Part shown: piece by piece, positions 60,973 to 64,000 of the stretch
Layout of the letters: every line of letters begins with the position of its first letter
How positions within the stretch are numbered: the first letter of the stretch is position 1
From: Azolla caroliniana
Lineage: Eukaryota > Plantae > Polypodiophyta
Assembly (NCBI GenBank): GCA_043228905.1
Contig: JBHGNT010000002.1
Coordinates: 23,622,001 to 23,686,000 of the forward strand
Reading direction: 5' to 3'
Length of the DNA: 64,000 nucleotides
Notes under the pieces: generated by a model
Told to the model about the DNA's origin: nothing
Database searches by the model: none
What the model saw: the letters and a program-made list of their open reading frames with translations, nothing else
Program-made: the position numbers and the translations under genes

Positions 60973-61579
60973 ACGATAAAATAAAAAAATAAAGAGAGAG
61001 AGAGAGAGAGAGAGATGGGAAAGTTGCTTTCGGGAAATTTACTAGATGCCCCTGAGATGGACTTGGAAATGTTACTTTGAAATTGACTCGTATACTTTGG
61101 GACCCCTAAGGGAGAGGGATATTTATCAGAGTATCCTAGGTGATTATCAATCATACACTCTTGTGGTTTCAAAACATATCCGTATGCATAGATTGAAATA
61201 TTCGCATTCGTGGGGCCTGCCCCACGAATCCATACGAATACACGTAAATATATTCGTTTTCTTCTTTTTTTTGAAATTAAAATAAAATAAAATTGTGTTT
61301 TATTTACGAGCGAGTGAACAGTGGCCAACAGGAAGCAAAGACGCCTCACCCTACTCCCTCTGTGTGCTACTTACACCCTCGCTTCCCTCTATATCCTGTT
61401 CTCGACCAAAAATTAGGGTTTCGACAGAAAACCCTAATTTCTGTCATAATCCTAATTTCGACAAAATTTCTTCTTTTCGGCTTGCGTCATCGACTCCCTC
61501 TCATGCTCTACCTAATCCTACATCCTGTTGTCCGCTACAAATTCAGAGTTTCACTGAAACCCTAAGTTTTGCCAAAGCC

Positions 61580-61957
61580 CTAATTAATTAATTATTAATG
61601 CATTAATTGATTATTAATTAATTAACTAATATTTTCCAATGAATTAATTAATGTGTTAATGAATTAAGATATGTATTTGTAAATTAATTAATGTATTAGT
61701 GAATCAATTAATGTTTAAGTGAATTAATTAGTTAATAGTAAATTAATCATTATATTAATGAGTTAATTAATTATTGATGTATGTCTGTGTACACATATAT
61801 GTATGTGTGTGTATATCTATCTATGTATGTGTGTGTATATGTATCTATGTATGTGTGTATATATGTATCTATGTATGTGTGTGTATATGTATATATATGT
61901 TTGTGTATGTGTGTATGTATGTATGTGTATGTATGTATGTGTGTATATGTATATGTA
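61580..61957. repeat. AT-rich (AATT)n-like low-complexity tract followed by (GTAT/GTGTAT)n microsatellite
   Basis: TAATTAATTAA-type repeats at 61580-61775, then TATG/TGTA repeats to ~61957. Confidence 0.9.
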
Positions 61958-62199
61958 AACGAATGGTTTTATAATATTCTTAGGGCCATTTTCTATTCTC
62001 GAATACCACAAATATTACGGATGTCGAATCTCAAGAATATCACGCATGGGTCAATCTATGTCCGTATGTATGCCCCTACTGAAACATAGTTTGAAACGTA
62101 TCAACATATGCCCCTTACAATAAAATGAAAGCAAGGGCCTTTTTCTCTTTTATTCCTTAACCATAAAGCAAGAGTTTAAATATTACTATTTAACTTAAG

Positions 62200-63900
62200 C
62201 TTTGACGTACATATAATACTTGGCTAATTTAAAGGAAAATAGTCACAAACATAATTACTCTTGAATTTTTGCATAATTATGATGCTAAAATTTTAGCTTT
62301 AAAATGTGTAAAAATCTTGGCGCGCACTACATACTTAACGCCAATGGTCTTCTTGACATGATGCACTGGCCACAACATTTCTCTAAGAACATTAAACAAA
62401 TGATGTTTGTAAAAATAGTGATTTGATCGATTGTTGTTGTTGTTATTGTAAAGCACACTTGGGATGATTATGATTCCACATGGTGCCAATGCAACCCATG
62501 TATGTCATTGTTTTCAGTGATGAAGTGCACTTGTATCAATTCACATTGTGTTTACCAAGATTACAACTCGATCATGTATATTTGATTGTCCCTTGAATGT
62601 GTTGTTAATGATAAATAAATGTGTCACGAGGTTAACATGTCATACCTTGAAATCATGAAGGGTTTATTATAATTTTTCTTTAAAATATAGTGTTGTTTTT
62701 TCCAAAATTGGTGAGTTTTTAGACAAGCAAAGGAGTGCAAAAAAGGCTCTTTCTCATTTATACCGTGCACTCTATTTCGTTACACATGGAAAGATCTCAA
62801 CATAGATTCTATATAAAATTATGCTCATCATTTGTGTTTCACTTGTGGATCTACTTTATGTCTCATTTGTCCTTCAATTTGTTATAAATGCCGAATCTAT
62901 GTTGCATATTAAGTATTATGTGATCATTTCCATGATGTGCGATATCACACAAAGAGATGATTTGCAATGTACATAGTGTCACGCATTTTTGTGCACAGAA
63001 GAATCCTCTAGAAGGGAAGGTAATTCTATAACTAAAGAAACAATATAGAAACGTGAGTTGATAAAAACTTGGAGAAAGTGAATCTTTTGGCCTAGAAATA
63101 ATGCCCTTGAAAAACTTACAATGAAACTTTTGAAAAACCCACAAGTCAAACATATAATATTTTTTTGTAGTCTCATTTCTATCATTCACCTTATCTCACG
63201 AAGATGAGAATTATAAGGCTTTATTCAAAAAGCAATTGACATTGTAAATGCAATTATTTTGATGCATTAAGAAAAACACCAAAATTAAACGATATAGAGA
63301 GGTTTTATGTTTTATTGCGAACATGTGTAAAATGTTGATTTTCAAAAGTATTTGATTGTAAGGTGACTCCTATTCTAAGATACTTGGGAATAGTATAGCC
63401 CTTAAGGCATCTAATGGCCTAATTTGATCACTTTCACATGTTATGGGATTATCAACTTTCTTTTGCAAGGGCATGTAGTGAGAGTAAGATCCACACAATC
63501 ATCACTAAGAGAATGAATTAAACTCTTCTAGAATATCACAATGCATAATTTGAAGGGCCTCTTCTTAGATGGCAATGATTTCTTAGGTATATAATCTTTG
63601 GGGTTGTTTTGATAGAATTAGGTTACATCCATACAATGAAGATGCTCACATGTAGATTTCACGGAGGTCATGGGGACAACCCATCAAAAGATATCCTATA
63701 CTTACAACATCATATATATTCACTCTAGGGAGGGGGTATCATGTAAGTTTGATAAAGGGGAAGGAATGGACCAAACTTTTACACATTAATGACAAACAAA
63801 AGGATACGCTTTCGAAGGGTGTGGTCTAGTCGCATAACGAGCAATAGATGTGTGTTTATGTATGAAATTCCAAAGACCATAGGCTTGTTAAATAGGCTTT
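62200..63900 (-). mobile_element. Decayed DNA-transposon relic, possibly CxC6/KDZ-type transposase
   Basis: Interrupted minus-strand motifs in plausible order: GCP..(fs)KSTCEH (63681-63642), CNLGK (~62555) and WVALAPCGIII (~62500-62465). Confidence 0.3.
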
Positions 63901-64000
63901 GAAGGCACATGAAACATTATACAATTTACATGTGGTTACCTCTTCAATCACGTTTGATTATCACATCACAAGCACCTTTACAACCTTATCCATATTGAGA

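Overview
Eukaryotic nuclear DNA from a land plant: AT-rich, GT-AG introns and many (GA)n/(CA)n microsatellites. The style of the PPR protein suggests a seed-free plant such as a fern, which is inference. Eight protein-coding genes were reconstructed by hand. In order they are: a 5'-truncated ELMO-domain gene (+), an intronless PLS-E class PPR gene (-), a CPSF6/CFIm68-like RRM gene (+), a two-exon uncharacterised WLPFLPxSSFWVP-motif gene (+), SAE1 (-, 10 exons), PNO1/DIM2 (+, 2 exons), UBC22/UBE2S (-, 6 exons) and a DUF616/TOD1-MUCI70-like glycosyltransferase gene (-). Intergenic DNA and introns hold decayed copia and L1 LINE remnants, a short LTR-like piece, MITEs, a tRNA-derived repeat family and possible KDZ-type transposase relics. 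The recurring unusual signal is local tandem duplication remodelling genes. (i) The first intron of the DUF616 gene appears built from copies of its own flanking exon ends. (ii) The PPR protein carries an in-frame array of shortened 27-aa S-like motifs and lacks an obvious transit peptide. (iii) The CPSF6-like protein carries five ~31-aa repeats, four of them with a SUMO consensus site. All exon coordinates were read by eye and not checked against transcripts or databases.
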